DNA of 64,000 nt from Eledone cirrhosa. Lineage: Eukaryota. Both the position numbers and the translations under genes were made by a program. Below the pieces are notes generated by a model. It saw nothing but the letters and a program-made list of their open reading frames with translations. It was not told the DNA's origin and did no database searches. Of the stretch, positions 13,574 to 25,670 are shown one piece after another. The stretch covers positions 298,964,001 to 299,028,000 of the forward strand of contig OZ024740.1 of the NCBI GenBank assembly GCA_964016885.1. Direction: 5' to 3'. Position 1 is the stretch's first letter. Every line of letters starts with the position of its first letter.

Positions 13574-13801
13574 CATGTATATATACATATATTTATATAC
13601 ATATATATATATATACATCAGAGCAAACATCACGGACGCTCTATCTCAAAATTACTTTTGAAAAGCATTAGAAATGTGCAACCGGTAAAACTTAAAACCA
13701 AAACTGAATACTAACCAATACTATTACTAATTCTCACGTATTCCTAATTAAACTATTTTTCACTGTGAACAATTTGTCAGCATTTTCTTTTCCGTTTACC
13801 A

Positions 13802-13802
<1 letters not shown>

Positions 13803-13858
<56 letters not shown>

Positions 13859-13993
13859 AAATACATATACATATATACATATACATATATACATATATAT
13901 ATATACATACATATATATATATACATACATATATATATATACACACACATATATATATATATACATACATCACATATATATATATATACACAC

Positions 13994-14049
<56 letters not shown>

Positions 14050-14050
14050 G

Positions 14051-14084
<34 letters not shown>

Positions 14085-14089
14085 TCGAC

Positions 14090-14120
<31 letters not shown>

Positions 14121-14122
14121 TC

Positions 14123-14177
<55 letters not shown>

Positions 14178-14225
14178 CTATATATACATATATACATATA
14201 TCGACATATATATAAACATATATCG
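13803..14225. repeat. (TA)n/(TACA)n microsatellite
   Basis: Direct reading. Confidence 0.95.
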
Positions 14226-14456
14226 ACAGTCGATCGATATTCGTAAAATCGGACCGAGGAAACAATGTTTCCATTGGTCTTTCCAATTGCTAATACTCTC
14301 TATCAGTCACAATTCCAGGTAGATGGAGCAATGTGAAATAAAGTGTCTTGCCCAAGGACATAACGCATTGCCCTGTCCGGGAATCTACCTCATGATTGCG
14401 AATCTAATTCTCTAACCACTCAGCCATGCACCTTCACTATATATATATATATATAT

Positions 14457-14634
14457 ATAGGAACGAGTAGGACCTCAACGGCTGAGCTCAAGCCGTTTCG
14501 ACGGAATTAGCCGACGAAACGGCTTGAGAACAGCCGTCGGGGTCCTACTCGTTCCTATTACCCACTCTACTACCCTAAGTATTGAGTACTTTGGTGCGTT
14601 ATGGTCCACCTGGTTCCTTACCACATTTCCTTCG

Positions 14635-14636
<2 letters not shown>
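14457..14636 (+). mobile_element. Fold-back hairpin element built from a hammerhead 3' half
   Basis: Inverted arms ATAGGAACGAGTAGGACC.../...GGTCCTACTCGTTCCTAT plus ~80-nt tail shared with 24917-25123; flanked by (TA)n. Confidence 0.75.
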
Positions 14637-14670
<34 letters not shown>

Positions 14671-14676
14671 TGTATT

Positions 14677-15720
14677 AAGTTGAACAAAGAATGCAACAAG
14701 AAGTCAACATTATTGAAAAGTATACTCAACAGGGACATGAAACAGAACTTTGAAATTTTAATTGACTAAAAATTAAATACACATAGGTGTGTGAGCCTGA
14801 TATCTAGTAGCTATGCTGAGATTGATAGATATATTTTGGCCTTATTAGATTTCCTCAGCAAAGCATAGTCAACATACAATAACCATATATATATATATAT
14901 ATATATTCATTAAATTAGTTTAGAGGAAGGGATTTGATATCTTGAGATAGTGCTAATTAGAATATATAGTTAAACATCTAAATATATTGAAACAATATAA
15001 TCCATACATACAGGTATAAGATAAACAATGTAGCCTTATGTTGATATTTATCTTAATATCTGTAGATACAGATCATGTTGTTTCCAGTATATATAGGTGT
15101 TTAACAACACACACATATATGTAATCCAATTTAATTTACTTGCAAGAATATACTCACAAAATACATATACTAGGAATTGCTAATCTCATCAGTGAAAAAA
15201 AATAATGGTATACAGCTTTGGGCCATTTAATGGCAGTAGTGTTGAGGTGGTAAAGCTGCTGTTTTATGCACTCAATTTATGAATAAGATTATACGTAAGT
15301 TATGTAGATGTGGAAAATTCCATTCTTCCCTCTCAAATCCATAAAATGCTGGTAAAAGAAATGATGGGGTTGTGATGTGAATGATCTTTTTTGTCTTCTT
15401 CATGGATCCAATTGAGAGAGAGGTAGGAAAAATAAACACAAGTACATGGTTGCTGCTTTATCTGAATGAAAGGTAAAGTTGGTCTTGGCAGAATTTCAAC
15501 TTGTAATACAGACAAGTTGAACAAAGAATGCAATGAGAAGTCAACATTATTGAAAAGTATACTCAACTGGGACAGGGAACAGAACTATGACATTTTAATT
15601 GACTAGAAATTAAATGCACATAGGTGGGTGAGCCTAATATCTAGTAGCTATGTTGAGATTGATAGATATATTTTGGTCTTATTAGATTTCCTCAGCAAAG
15701 CATAGTCAACATACAATAAC
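14677..15720. repeat. ~205-bp direct repeat pair (14677-14883 and 15514-15720)
   Basis: AAGTTGAACAAAGAATGCAA...CATAGTCAACATACAATAAC occurs twice, 837 bp apart. Confidence 0.85.
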
Positions 15721-15983
15721 AAAGACTACAGAGTATTTAGAAGAATACATATTTTTAGTATGAAAATAATTCACTGATTAGGCAATTTAAAACGAACTCA
15801 TTGGAAATAATCGGTTTATCACTCAGCTACTTATGACATGGAACACCTCAAAGCTGTATTGAAAATTCTGCTGATGAGATTGTGTTTATAATTGAAACAC
15901 AGTCCTATTTTATTTGATATATATATATATATATATATAAATATATGTGTGTGTGTAAATATATATTCATATCTATACTTGGG

Positions 15984-16016
<33 letters not shown>

Positions 16017-16510
16017 CCATAAGTATGTGAAAGTATGTCATTACATGTATATTATGTTCTAATATTTTCAATGCAGTTTAGAATATTGTGTTTATTCTAT
16101 ATTGAAATATATTTTGCAAATTGTTGTTGTTGAATCTTCATCAGTTGCAATGTAAAGTTCCAGTTTGAACAACGGGACAGCCTGTTCATGAAACCAATAT
16201 GCAAGTGGTGAGGATTCCACAGACATGTGCACCCTTATCATTATTTTCAGAGATTCAGTGTGGCATAGTATGTAACAAAGCAGAGTGGACTAGAGCAATG
16301 TTGAATAAAATGTTTTGCTCAAGGATGCAGTGTATTACTGAGAATTGAACTCAAGATCTTATGATCGTGAGTGGAACCATCTAGCTACTAAGTCACATGC
16401 ATTTGAGAATTACATATACATATGCACATACACCATACATACAAATTTAAATGTAAATCAGGGGTAAAATTTGAATTAGATTTTTCCTTCCCTTTTAAAG
16501 CATAAGCACG

Positions 16511-16599
<89 letters not shown>

Positions 16600-17491
16600 A
16601 TATTTTAAAACCATATTCTCTAAACCTATGAGGGAAGACTGGAAAATTAGATTGGGTGAGGTGATACATTACATAATAAATCATGTATGACATATATGAT
16701 GTTGGTAAAATTCTCTTTATCATCGAGAGAGAGTGAAATTGGGTGTGATGATGGCAGTATTTAAGAGGGAGGAATAAGTTATTACAAAACTAAATATCTG
16801 TAAGTTCTTACAGGAAATTAACAGGGGTCACCACAAAGTATGTTATGTCATTTGAAATGTGCCATCATTGGAAACGATTGAAAAAATCCTACAGCTTGTG
16901 TCGGTCAGTGACTCTGGCTCTCAGTGGTAATTTGTATATAATGTTTAGAGTTGTGAGACTTGAAGAAATAAAACAAACAACATGATATAAAAACAACAAA
17001 AACAATAAATGGAATAGATATAAAAACAATCACACGCTATCATTTAGTCAACTAATGAGTTAATAATGACTTCTACAAGCTTGCTAGCCACTGTGGACAT
17101 ACCATCAACATTCTCACAAGATTAGACCCAACATAATCAACTAAAAAACTCTTATCACCACTACTAGACAGATTTATAGTTGTCACGGAAGAAAATAAAA
17201 CCAAAATAAAGCATCAGAGTTAGCTATTCTGTTCTTGACGAAATTGATTGTTACATTTAGACTTTAAACAATAAACACCATCCTATTAGCTGAATAGCCG
17301 TAGCCAGCTAAATATAGTTAACTTCAAAAGGGGAAACTAGATTAAATTCTTCTTATATAGAGAGAAATAGAGAATTGACAGCACCTTTTTGTTTGTTTGT
17401 CTTTTTTAGCTTGCTTCAATACCATTTCCTCCTATTAAATGTATTATTTACCTAGATTCGAAATGGGTTTTATATATATATATCTGTGTGT

Positions 17492-17629
<138 letters not shown>

Positions 17630-17993
17630 GTGTGTGTGTATATATATATATATAAATATATATATACGATCACTGGCACCATCCACCACCACCACCATCA
17701 CCATCAATCACCATCACCAGCGATCAGGCCTTAAAAACAACTATAATAATTGTTTCTACTTTTAGCACAAGGCCAACAATTACCCAGTACATTACTGAAT
17801 ACTAAATAACTATTCTGTTCTTGGAACGGGGCAGCATCTGTCCCAACGCATTGCTGGTGCCTTGTTTTTTTGGGGGCCCGGAGAGTGGAGAGCTGTAAAG
17901 CAAACAATTATTATTATTATATAAAAACAACTGGAAAAGTCAACATTGACATGATTTTGAGTTTGTATCAGTACTGACGGTAATATATATATA

Positions 17994-18453
17994 TAATTTA
18001 TTAACCTGCCATTGAACCACATTGGCATATGGTTGGACAATACATGTGTCCCTTAGCGCTTTGTGCGTGTAGGAACACATATCCTATTATTACTATACTC
18101 CTCTATGTTGAGAAAAAATTTGGTCGACTGCTGCTAGTGATAGTGGTGGCCGATTGACCTACCTCCCTCTGCCTCTATCTTTACTTTCGGCCCTTGAAAA
18201 AATTGATTCCACTTCATTTACTCTCATCTCGGGAAGAGTTTTGGATAGCGCTAGTTCGTAATTTAAATTCAAGAATTTTATATTCTTCGAATGAAAAGAA
18301 CCTTCTGACGAGAATCTTTCTTTGCAACGAAGGCCGTATGGTCTCCGTTTATTTTTGAGATTCGAAACCGATTCAGTAAAGGTAACTATAGTAAGTAAAG
18401 TCAATTTTTTAAAATTTATTTTGAAACTTTTTCATTATTTGCTAAACCTGATT
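17994..18453 (+). mobile_element. Retrozyme-like non-coding element, copy A (about one monomer)
   Basis: Homologous along its length to 43828-44391; contains a hammerhead; TA repeats on both sides. Confidence 0.75.
18300..18383 (+). ncRNA. Type I hammerhead ribozyme
   Basis: ACCTT-CTGACGA-GAATCT...AGATTC-GAAA-CCGATTCAG-TA-AAGGT; stems I and II pair, GUA cleavage triplet. Confidence 0.8.
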
Positions 18454-18744
18454 ATATATATATATATATGTGTGTGTGTGAGTGGTGTGTGTGTTTGCAT
18501 GCATGAGTGTTGGTGTGTGAGTGGCGTGTGTGTTTGTATGCATGAGTGTTGGTGTGTGAGTGGCGTGTGTGTTTGTATGTATGAGTGTTGGTGTGTGAGT
18601 GGCGTGTGTGTTTGTATATATGAGTGTTGGTGTGTGAGTGAGTGTGTGTGTGTGTGTGCGGGAGTGTCAATAAGTGTTTTTTTTTATGACCATGCTGTAA
18701 AATGGAGGGGTAGAGAGGGGCCATGAGTCCAGTAAGACATCCTC

Positions 18745-20590
18745 TCTAGTGCTGGTGGCACAAATAAAAGCACCCAGTCCATGCTGTAAAGTGGCGCTGG
18801 TGTTAGGAAGGGCATCCAACCAGTGTATCAATGCCAAAACGATTATAAGCACAGAAACAAGTACATAAGAACAACAAAATATGAAGACGTCGCATCTCAG
18901 AGTTGCAACACTTAATGTTGGCATTCTCACAGGTAGATCTGCTGAAATACCGGAGATGCTGGAAAGAAGGCATGTGGATGTGTGCTGGAGAGGTGCATCT
19001 GCAAGACTAGTCGCAGGCAAACATCTTAGCTATAAGCTTTTCTGGGTAGGTAAGGATGATGGGTTAGAGGGAGTAGGCATTTTCCTGGCTGAGAAATGGA
19101 TCAATAAGGCCATAGAGGTAGTTCGAGTTAGTAATCGAATAATTAAGCTTAGATTAGTTGTAGGAAGGAGACTACTGACAATCATCTCTGCGTATGTTCC
19201 CCAAGCAGGCCTAGGCAAAGAAGAGAAAGACTGCTTTTACGAGCAACTTTTACAAACAACCGCAATGACAGAGGACGGAGACATCGTTATGCTAGCAGGG
19301 GACTTCAATGGTCATGTTGGACAGCTCCAGGATGGTTACACTGGGGTACATGGTGGGCTCAGTTACGGCTCAAGAAATGAAGAAGGAGTGAGACTTCTTG
19401 AATTTTGTGATGCAAGTACACTGACTATTTGCAACACTAACTTCCAGAAATCTGCCAACCACCTAATAACCTACAAATCAGGCGAGCACATAAGCCAGAT
19501 TGACTTCTTACTAGTTAGGCAGCAGGACAGGCAGATGGTGTCTAATACAAAGGCATACCCTGGGGAAGAATATACCCCACAGCATAGGATAGTCGTTAGT
19601 GATATCTCAGTAAGCAAGAGATGGAATGAGACATACAGGAAGGTGTAGAGAATAAAGGTCTGGAGGCTAAAAAATAAAGGTCTGGAGGCTAAAAGACCTT
19701 TCACTAAAATACAAATTTAGGAAAGCCCTTCAAGATGTGTATGACGAAAAAGAAGACGATTTAGAGACGTATGACATAGATAATAACTGGAATTTCTTAC
19801 GTGACAATTTACTGCAGGCTACTGATGAAACTTGTGGCTGAAGCAGAGCTCCAACCAGACAGAGAGTGACCTGGTGGTGAAACAGCACAGTAGATAAGGC
19901 CATTAGAGACAAAATACTAGCATGGAAGGCTTGGAAAAGGGGTGGGAGTAGAGAAGCTAGACGTCAGGTGTACTTGGCACACAGGGAGGCTGAGAGTAGG
20001 AGGTTTGCCAATGTTCTGCGACGGGAAGATCAGAGGCATGCGGTGTTCCACATTGCAAGGCAGTGTGTCAATGCAAATCAGGATGTTGTTGGAGATAAAT
20101 GTGTCCGGAATGATGCCGGTGTACTTAGTGTCACAAATGATCAGAAAAAGGAGGCTGATGAATGTGGAGAACGAATGGGAGAGATAGAAATTACCCCCAG
20201 TAGATCTGACAGAGGGACCAGCTATTGAGATTGACGAATATAGGGTCCAAGAGGCGATTAAGGAAATGAAAATGGTAAGGCTACTGGACCATCGGAGATA
20301 GTTGCTGAGATGCTGAAGGCATCAGGGGACGTAGGCACTAAACTGGTTGCATGCATCATCAATCAGGCTATTTATGGTGGTGTCATACCCAAAGACTGGT
20401 GCAGGAGTATTCTCATAAATTGCTACAAAGGTAAAGGGGATGCTCTGGAGAGGAGAAATTATAGGGGTATAAAACTGATGAATCAGGTTATGAAAGTGGC
20501 AGAAAGGATATTAGCACAACTAATTAGAGAAAGGGTCAAACTAGATGAGATGCAGTTTGGTTTTGTGCCTGGGAAGAGTACAATAGATGC
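18745..20590 (+). mobile_element. Older RTE LINE subfamily, decayed APE plus RT N-terminus
   Basis: ORF 18881-19648 with LRVATLNVG, AGDFNGHVG, SQIDFLL, QHRIVV (APE); RT pieces to QFGFVPGKSTIDA with stops and frameshifts. Confidence 0.9.
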
Positions 20591-20815
20591 ATATCCTCTG
20601 AAGTTGCCACCCATGTCTCACTACCATGCAGCATCGCGCATCTCACACAGGCATCATATAACCATCCTTTCGTATGCAGGTAGAAACCCTTCTTTGTCAA
20701 CAAAGGAAGCAGCTCCCTAAACTTCTTCTAACCCGTCCTTATTCTAGATACTATGGCCTCGGAACACGCCCCTCCCCTGCTAATCTGATCTCCTAGGTAC
20801 CAGAAGTTATAGAAC
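20590..20815 (-). pseudogene. Inverted downstream RT fragment of an older RTE
   Basis: Minus strand reads YLGDQISRGGACSEAIVSRIRTG*KKFRELLPLLTKKG...[17 protein letters not shown]. Confidence 0.8.
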
Positions 20816-20984
20816 CCACCTACATTGGAAAAATTTGTTGAGCTATTTCAAATGTCGAATAAACCTGGCTGCTATTTTTAGTGGTGTAAGTTTGTGAGAC
20901 ACGCTAAGATACCATGTGCATTATTATATATAGCACACTATTCAGTTTTCTTAATATACTTAGAAGTGTCTAGGATACTAATTC

Positions 20985-21064
20985 ATCAGCCACTGATGAG
21001 CAAGAATTGGTATTTCTATTCACAATTAATATTGCGAAACAGCACCAAGAGCTGTCTGGGTGAT
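20985..21064 (+). ncRNA. Type I hammerhead ribozyme
   Basis: ATCAGCCA-CTGATGA-GCAA...TTGC-GAAA-CAGC(ACCAAGA)GCTG-TC-TGGGTGAT; canonical core, GUC cleavage after 21056. Confidence 0.85.
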
Positions 21065-21354
21065 TGGTAGTTACCACAATTCCGGTTTGTATTTATTTTC
21101 TTGATTTTTTCTTAAATTGAGACAGGCGAACCCTATTGTCTATAGTTAGTATTCTTTTCACCTTAGCGAATCTGGTCCCTTGCGATTTGAACACATATAT
21201 GTATATATCTGTGTTCGTTTTTCTTTTATATTCAATTATTATATATATATATAAGTATTGAAGTTTCCGTTGAAAATTGAAAAAGTCATAGGAGTGAAGA
21301 GTGCTCTATGTAAGTACCAGAGCTAAATTTAATGTATAATAAACAATACAATAT

Positions 21355-21432
21355 AATTACCTCATTTCCAGAGGTTTCCTGAATAAAAGGAATACGAAAA
21401 ACGTCCTCATTCGTTCATCGGACAAGGCAATT
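21355..21432 (-). ncRNA. Type I hammerhead (CCGAUGA core) in left pLTR arm
   Basis: AATTGCCTTGT-CCGATGA-ACGAATGAGGA...TCCTTTTATTCAG-GAAA-CCTCTGG-AA-ATGAGGTAATT; U16.1 mutated. Confidence 0.65.
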
Positions 21433-22566
21433 TAAGTCATAGTGAAATATTTGAAAAATCTCCTCAAGAAAGGCAAGTGTTTAACGGGCAAAAAAAAATA
21501 TAAAGCAAGAGATATATAAAAATAAGGAAATATAGTTAGGGTATGTGTATAAATGTGTATATATTCACTCACAAATGTACATATGTGTGTATGTACAAAT
21601 GCATGTGTATAGTGAAAATGTGTGTGTGCGTAAGAACGTATATGAGGGCAAGCATAATAGTTTATATAATATAAGTTGAAAAATAATGTACATCCAGATT
21701 TAGGTATTAAATATATACACATACAAGTATGAAAGCACGCGTATAAACACACACGCACGATCATTTATATGCGGAAGATAAAAAGGGAAGGGAGTGTATT
21801 AGTCAAAAAGAGTGTCATATTCGATACATATAAAAATGAAACAATATATGAGAAAGAAAAAAAATTTGTTTAAATCAAAGAGAAAGTAAGAGAGAGGGGT
21901 TATCAATTATAAATTAACACGAGAGAAAAAGAAAACAAATATAGGTTCGCACGTACGCACACATACATATAAAAATATATATATATATGAATACGTACAG
22001 GCAAAAGCGCATGCATACGTACATACATACACACGAAGCACACATCTATATATACATATATCGCAGCACTTATATCTAAGTACACGTACGTACGCGACTA
22101 TATACATACATATATGCATACACACATACATACATATACATATACATATATATATACATATACTTATACACATACGTTCACCCACTCGTAAAAATATAGA
22201 TATAAAAACACACATGCTCACACATATAGACACACACACGCAGGCGCATGCACACTCACACGCATAGATACAAAATATAGACCAGCCATATGAAAAAAAA
22301 AAATACAAATATAAAAGCGGCTGCGAAACAACAGAATATATCTGGAGTTGAAAACGCAAGTGAAATGTGATATCAGGTAATGAAAGAAAATGGGGAAGTA
22401 AAGTATGGAATGTGAAGATATTAGGTGAGTGAATCAAAAAGTAGGGGGGGGGGGGGTCACTGGTGGATGTGAAGTGAAAATAAAAATGAAAATAAAGTTA
22501 AAATGAAAGTAAATCAGAAAGAGAATCTGTAAAGAGGATAATTTAAGGAAAGTGAAGAACAAGAGT

Positions 22567-22900
22567 TTATGGAGGATAAGTATCAGAAAGTGAGTTAAGT
22601 TTATATGAGCTGGAAAGCAAGTGTGATTTCATGTGTGGGCAACTGGTGAAAATATCTGTTTTTGTATTTAGGCAGGTTTTTGGTGATTTAAGGTTCTGTA
22701 AAATCCAATATTTTTCACTTATGCAGAGTGTGCTTCTTCTTGCATATTCTTTAGATTGGTTCAAAATTGACCAATCCAATTTATATTGGATATCTTGGTC
22801 TTTCAAATCCCATATTCTGCTAGCCAGAGCTGTTGTAAATCTTTTTTCTGGGTGTCGGAAAGATGCGACATGTGAGTAATAACGCGTTTTGAATTTGAGT
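22567..22900 (-). pseudogene. GIY-YIG endonuclease C-terminal part of a Penelope-like ORF
   Basis: FKTRYYSHVASFRH..TALASRIWDLKD..YKLDWSIL..LCISEKYWIL..LNTKTDIFTSCPH matches the PLE endonuclease C-terminal pattern. Confidence 0.8.
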
Positions 22901-24106
22901 GATAACGCGTTGTTACTTGAATTTGAGTGAAAACGCCTTGTGAGTAATAACGCGTTTTGAATGTGAGTAATAACGTTTTGAATGTGAGTAATAACGCGTT
23001 TTGAAAGATGCGACATGTGAGTAATAACGCGTTTTGAATTTCATTTTTAACTTTATTTTCATTTTTATTTTCACTTCACATCCACCAATGACCCCCCCCC
23101 CTACTTTTTGATTCACTCACCTAATATCTTCACATTCCATACTTTACTTCCCCATTTTCTTTCATTACCTGATATCACATTTCACTTGCGTTTTCAACTC
23201 CAGATATATTCTGTTGTTTCGCAGCCGCTTTTATATTTGTATTTCTTTTTTTCATATGGCTGGTCTATATTTTGTATCTATGCGTGTGAGTGTGCATGCG
23301 CCTGCGTGTGTGTGTCTATATGTGTGAGCATGTGTGTTTTTATATCTATATTTTTACGAGTGGGTGAACGTATGTGTATAAGTATATGTATATATATATG
23401 TATATGTATATGTATGTATGTGTGTATGCATATATGTATGTATATAGTCGCGTACGTACGTGTACTTAGATATAAGTGCTGCGATATATGTATATATATA
23501 TGTGTGCTTCGTGTGTATGTATGTACGTATGCATGCGCTTTTGCCTGTACGTATTCATATATATATATTTCTATATGTATGTGTGCGTACGTGCGAACCT
23601 ATATTTGTTTTCTTTTTCTCTAGTGTTAATTTATAATTGATAACCCCTCTCTCTTACTTTCTCTTTGATTTAAACAAATTTTTTTTCTTTCTCATATATT
23701 GTTTCATTTATATATGTATCGAATATGACACTCTTTTTGACTAATACACTCCCTTCCCTTTTTATCTTCCGCATATAAATGATCGTGCGTGTGTGTTTAT
23801 ACGCGTGCTTTCATACTTGTATGTGTATATATTTAATACCTAAATCTGGATGTACATTATTTTTCAACTTATATTATATAAACTATTATGCTTGCCCTCA
23901 TATACGTTCTTACGCACACACACATTTTCACTATACACATGCATTTGTACATACACACATATGTACATTTCTGAGTGAATATATACACATTTATACACAT
24001 ACCCTAACTATATTTCCTTATTTTTATATATCTCTTGCTTTATATTTTTGTTGCCCGTTAAACACTTGCCTTTCTTGAGGAGACTTTTCAATATTTCACT
24101 GTTTTA

Positions 24107-24167
24107 AATTGCCTTGTCCGATGAACGTATTCGTATTATTCGGGAAACCTCTGGTAATGAGATAATT
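24107..24167 (+). ncRNA. Type I hammerhead (CCGAUGA core) in right pLTR arm
   Basis: AATTGCCTTGT-CCGATGA-...-GAAA-CCTCTGG-TA-ATGAGATAATT; stem II partly deleted. Confidence 0.65.
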
Positions 24168-24297
24168 ATATTGTATTGTTTATTATACATTAAATTTAGC
24201 TCTGGTACTTACATAGAGCACTCTTCACTCCTATGACTTTTTCAATTTTCAACGGAAACTTCAATACTTATACAGCTCCCAAGGGAATGATCGTAGC

Positions 24298-24440
24298 AGT
24301 GCATTACTGGTACTTTATTTTATCGACCCCGTAAGGATGAAAGGCAAAGTCAACCTCGGCGGGATTTGAACTCAGACCGTTAAGGGACGTAACTATGCTG
24401 GAAAGCATGGCGTCCGACCCTCTACCGATACTGCCAATCC
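24298..24440 (-). mobile_element. SINE family A
   Basis: Reverse complement of the family A core and head. Confidence 0.8.
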
Positions 24441-24529
24441 AATGGAAACTATATTTATAAAACCATATTTATTTCATTATACATATTTCAAGCGCTGTCG
24501 AGCGCTTTATATTATAACTGAAAAATAAT

Positions 24530-24708
24530 TGTTTCTACTTTAGGCACAAGGCCAGCAAATCACCCAGTGCATTACTGGTACTTTATTTTATCGACCCCGT
24601 AAGGATGAAAGGCAAAGTAAACCTCGGCGGGATTTGAACTCAGACCGTAAAGGGACGTAACTATGCTGGAAAACATGGCGTCCGACTCTCTACCGATACT
24701 GCCAATCC
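24530..24708 (-). mobile_element. SINE family A with TSD
   Basis: TSD ACTGAAAAATAAT at 24517-24529 and 24709-24721. Confidence 0.85.
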
Positions 24709-24874
24709 ACTGAAAAATAATGTTGAAATATGTATAATGAAATAAATATGGTTTTATAAATATAGTTTCCATTTATTAATATATTGTATTTTTACTCCAA
24801 AAATTTGTTGAGTGCTTTATATCAGTTATAAAAATATTTGCTTGTTGTATCCCAACAAATTAAATATATCTTCT

Positions 24875-24916
<42 letters not shown>

Positions 24917-24921
<5 letters not shown>

Positions 24922-25123
24922 AACGAGTAGGACCCCGACGGCTGAGCTCAAGCCGTTTCGACGGCTAATTCTGGACTAAATTTTAGTCCAGAATTAGCCG
25001 TCGAAACGGCTTGAGCTCAGCCGTCGGGGTCCTACTCGTTCCTATTACACACTCTACTACCCTAAGTATTGAGTACTTTGGTGCGTTATGGTCCACCTGG
25101 TTCCTTACCACATTTCCTTCGTT
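24917..25123 (+). mobile_element. Fold-back hairpin element (129-bp palindrome plus tail) built from a hammerhead 3' half
   Basis: 64-bp perfect arms 24917-24980 and 24982-25045; right arm contains GAAA-CGGCT..AGCCG-TC-GGGGT; flanked by (TA)n. Confidence 0.8.
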
Positions 25124-25592
25124 ATATATATATATATATATATAAATGTTTATATATAATAAAGAGGGTGTGGTAAGATACCAGGTGTAGAGTGGGTAAT
25201 ATGAAAAGATTCAGGACCCAGGTGGCTGAACTCCGGCCGTTTTGACAGCTAGATCTGAACCAATCGTGTTTTTGCATCCCTGTGTTTATGTTAACATTTC
25301 TTTAACTATATATATATATGTACACACATACATATATATATGTATACACACACACACACACATATACATATACATATATATAGATATATACATGTGTATG
25401 GGTGTGAATGTTTCTATGTTCCAAGAAATAATACATTTTTTTTTCAAATTTGTTTGAATGTTCACAGCTAGGGTTATAAACTGTAGTTACACGTATGTGA
25501 AATTTATCTTATTTTCTCATATATGCTGTGATGTACATAAATATTCATTATCTTATGTATATATATTATATATATATATATCCATGTATATA

Positions 25593-25670
25593 GAGGGTGT
25601 CCCCAAAATATGTACACATACTTCAACAGCATTCCAATCAAAGTTTGCATACATTTTTTGGGAAACCCTG
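25593..25670. mobile_element. Tc1/mariner-type MITE
   Basis: TA-GAGGGTGTCCCCAAAATATGTA...TGCATACATTTTTTGGGAAACCCTG-TA; imperfect TIRs with TA flanks. Confidence 0.6.

Larger units (their letters stand above)
21250..24272. mobile_element. Penelope-like element remnant with long inverted pseudo-LTRs
   Basis: Arms 21250-22508 and 23039-24272 are reverse complements; centre holds a GIY-YIG C-terminus; each arm has a hammerhead near its outer end. Confidence 0.85.

Noticed and set aside
18159-18404. 81-aa minus-strand ORF in the retrozyme-like unit
   Set aside because: In the segment compared, substitutions versus the sibling copy fall in all three codon positions and fit RNA pairing rather than coding constraint.
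22870-23038. CRISPR-like short repeats GTGAGTAATAACGCGTTTTGAA
   Set aside because: No unique spacers, eukaryotic context, and the unit derives from the adjacent GIY-YIG coding sequence.
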